Virus record (IMG/VR): IMGVR_UViG_3300045970_001057 | DNA length: 12,802 bases | Source: a virus | Reading direction: 5' to 3' (one strand) | Shown: positions 12,288-12,802 of the stretch, piece after piece | Numbering within the stretch: the first letter of the stretch is position 1 | How the letters are laid out: every line of letters begins with the position of its first letter | Notes under the pieces: model-generated | The model's database searches: none | What the model saw: only the letters and a program-made list of their open reading frames with translations | Told to the model about the DNA's origin: nothing | Made by a program: the position numbers and the translations under genes

Positions 12288-12802
12288 AGAAATTAAAATT
12301 ATTTGAAGATTTTTTATTAGAGTTTAAGTTGACAACTAACCCTATATCAGATATTAGCGAGTATATTGAAAAAATGAATAAAGGATTAGCGGATAAGTTA
12401 TTCTTTTTTAATAAAGTTGATATAGATACATTGGTTGATTTTGGATGTGCTGATGGCACATTATTAAAAGAGATTCACAAAATGAAACCAGATATGAATT
12501 TAATTGGTTATGATATTGATGATGATATGATTAAAATATCCACAACAAAATATCCAGAAATTAAATTTTATTCTGATTGGAATGATGTGCTACACAACGT
12601 AAATAATAACGCAGCAATATTATTATCATCTGTTATACACGAAGTTTATAGTTATGGCACATCAAGTGAAATTAGAAAATTTTGGAACGAACAAGTATTT
12701 AATAATAAGTTTAAGTATGTTATTATTAGAGATATGATACCTTCAACATCTTTTGATAAAATGAATTTGATTGATATTAAAAAGATAAGAGAAAAATCAG
12801 AT
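12284..12802 (+). CDS. Class I SAM-dependent methyltransferase, N-terminal 173 aa, truncated by the window edge
   Basis: The frame is open from the ATG at 12284 to the end of the window. Motif I is VDFGCADGTLL. An acidic beta-2 motif LIGYDID follows about 20 residues later, then a hydrophobic strand AAILLSSVIHEV. It is missing from the ORF track only because no stop codon falls inside the window. Confidence 0.6.
   Translation, partial: MKKLKLFEDFLLEFKLTTNPISDISEYIEKMNKGLADKLFFFNKVDIDTLVDFGCADGTLLKEIHKMKPDMNLIGYDIDDDMIKISTTKYPEIKFYSDWNDVLHNVNNNAAILLSSVIHEVYSYGTSSEIRKFWNEQVFNNKFKYVIIRDMIPSTSFDKMNLIDIKKIREKSD

Noticed and set aside
12277-12459. Minus-strand 60-aa ORF at the start of the methyltransferase region
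   Set aside because: It is antisense to a plus-strand frame with clear SAM-methyltransferase motifs. The plus-strand frame is also translationally coupled to the upstream gene.
1-12802. Giant eukaryotic virus (Mimiviridae-like) or AT-rich protist (for example Dictyostelium) origin. Suggested by the AT-richness, Lys-rich proteins and the major vault protein homologue
   Set aside because: There is no AAAATTGA-type early promoter, no introns and no poly-Q/N tracts. Instead the window shows Bacteroidetes-type TAnnTTTG promoters, hairpin plus U-tract terminators, ATGA/TAATG coupled operons, a peptidoglycan hydrolase and gmhA, which together indicate a bacterial or phage setting. Not fully excluded without flanking sequence.
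1-12802. tRNA, rRNA, CRISPR arrays, transposase or integrase genes, inverted terminal repeats
   Set aside because: I scanned the intergenic regions and both strands. The only structured non-coding elements are the three terminator hairpins and the promoter blocks. There are no direct-repeat/spacer arrays and no cloverleaf-compatible GC-rich segments. The only tandem repeat is the in-frame 24-nt coding repeat at 4946-5004.

Overview
This is a very AT-rich, tightly packed, intron-free stretch (my estimate by eye: over two-thirds A+T). It contains 18 solid protein-coding genes plus three or four unannotated small ORFs. Genes at 1-9911 are almost all on the minus strand; genes at 9977-12802 are on the plus strand. 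Stop codons include TGA, so this is genetic code 11 and not a Mollicute. No Shine-Dalgarno sequences precede the starts. Several gene junctions are stop/start overlaps: TAATG at 976, ATGA at 6752 and at 12284, TAAATG at 4447.

Five minus-strand transcription units begin 5-28 nt downstream of a near-identical element, GTATCTTTGTAC on the gene strand. This element contains the Bacteroidetes-type -7 box TAnnTTTG and is extended upstream by a conserved block of about 20 nt. Three canonical intrinsic terminators (GC hairpin plus T-run) are present. Together these features point to a phage or other mobile region of a low-GC, SD-independent host, probably Bacteroidetes-like, and not to a giant eukaryotic virus.

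Recognisable products:
- a MutH/Sau3AI-family PD-(D/E)xK endonuclease
- phosphoheptose isomerase (GmhA)
- a family 73 glycoside hydrolase (GH73) glucosaminidase, a peptidoglycan hydrolase and candidate endolysin
- a zinc-ribbon protein with a lysine-rich, histone H1-like tail
- a small CPR-like receiver-fold protein
- the N-terminus of a class I SAM methyltransferase
- an 802-aa protein with the full domain architecture of the eukaryotic major vault protein (vault repeats, an SPFH-like shoulder of the stomatin/prohibitin/flotillin/HflK-C type, a cap-helix coiled coil). This is the most striking item.

The vault-like gene is followed by a translationally coupled 59-aa ORF and then a terminator. 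No tRNA, rRNA, CRISPR array or transposase was seen.
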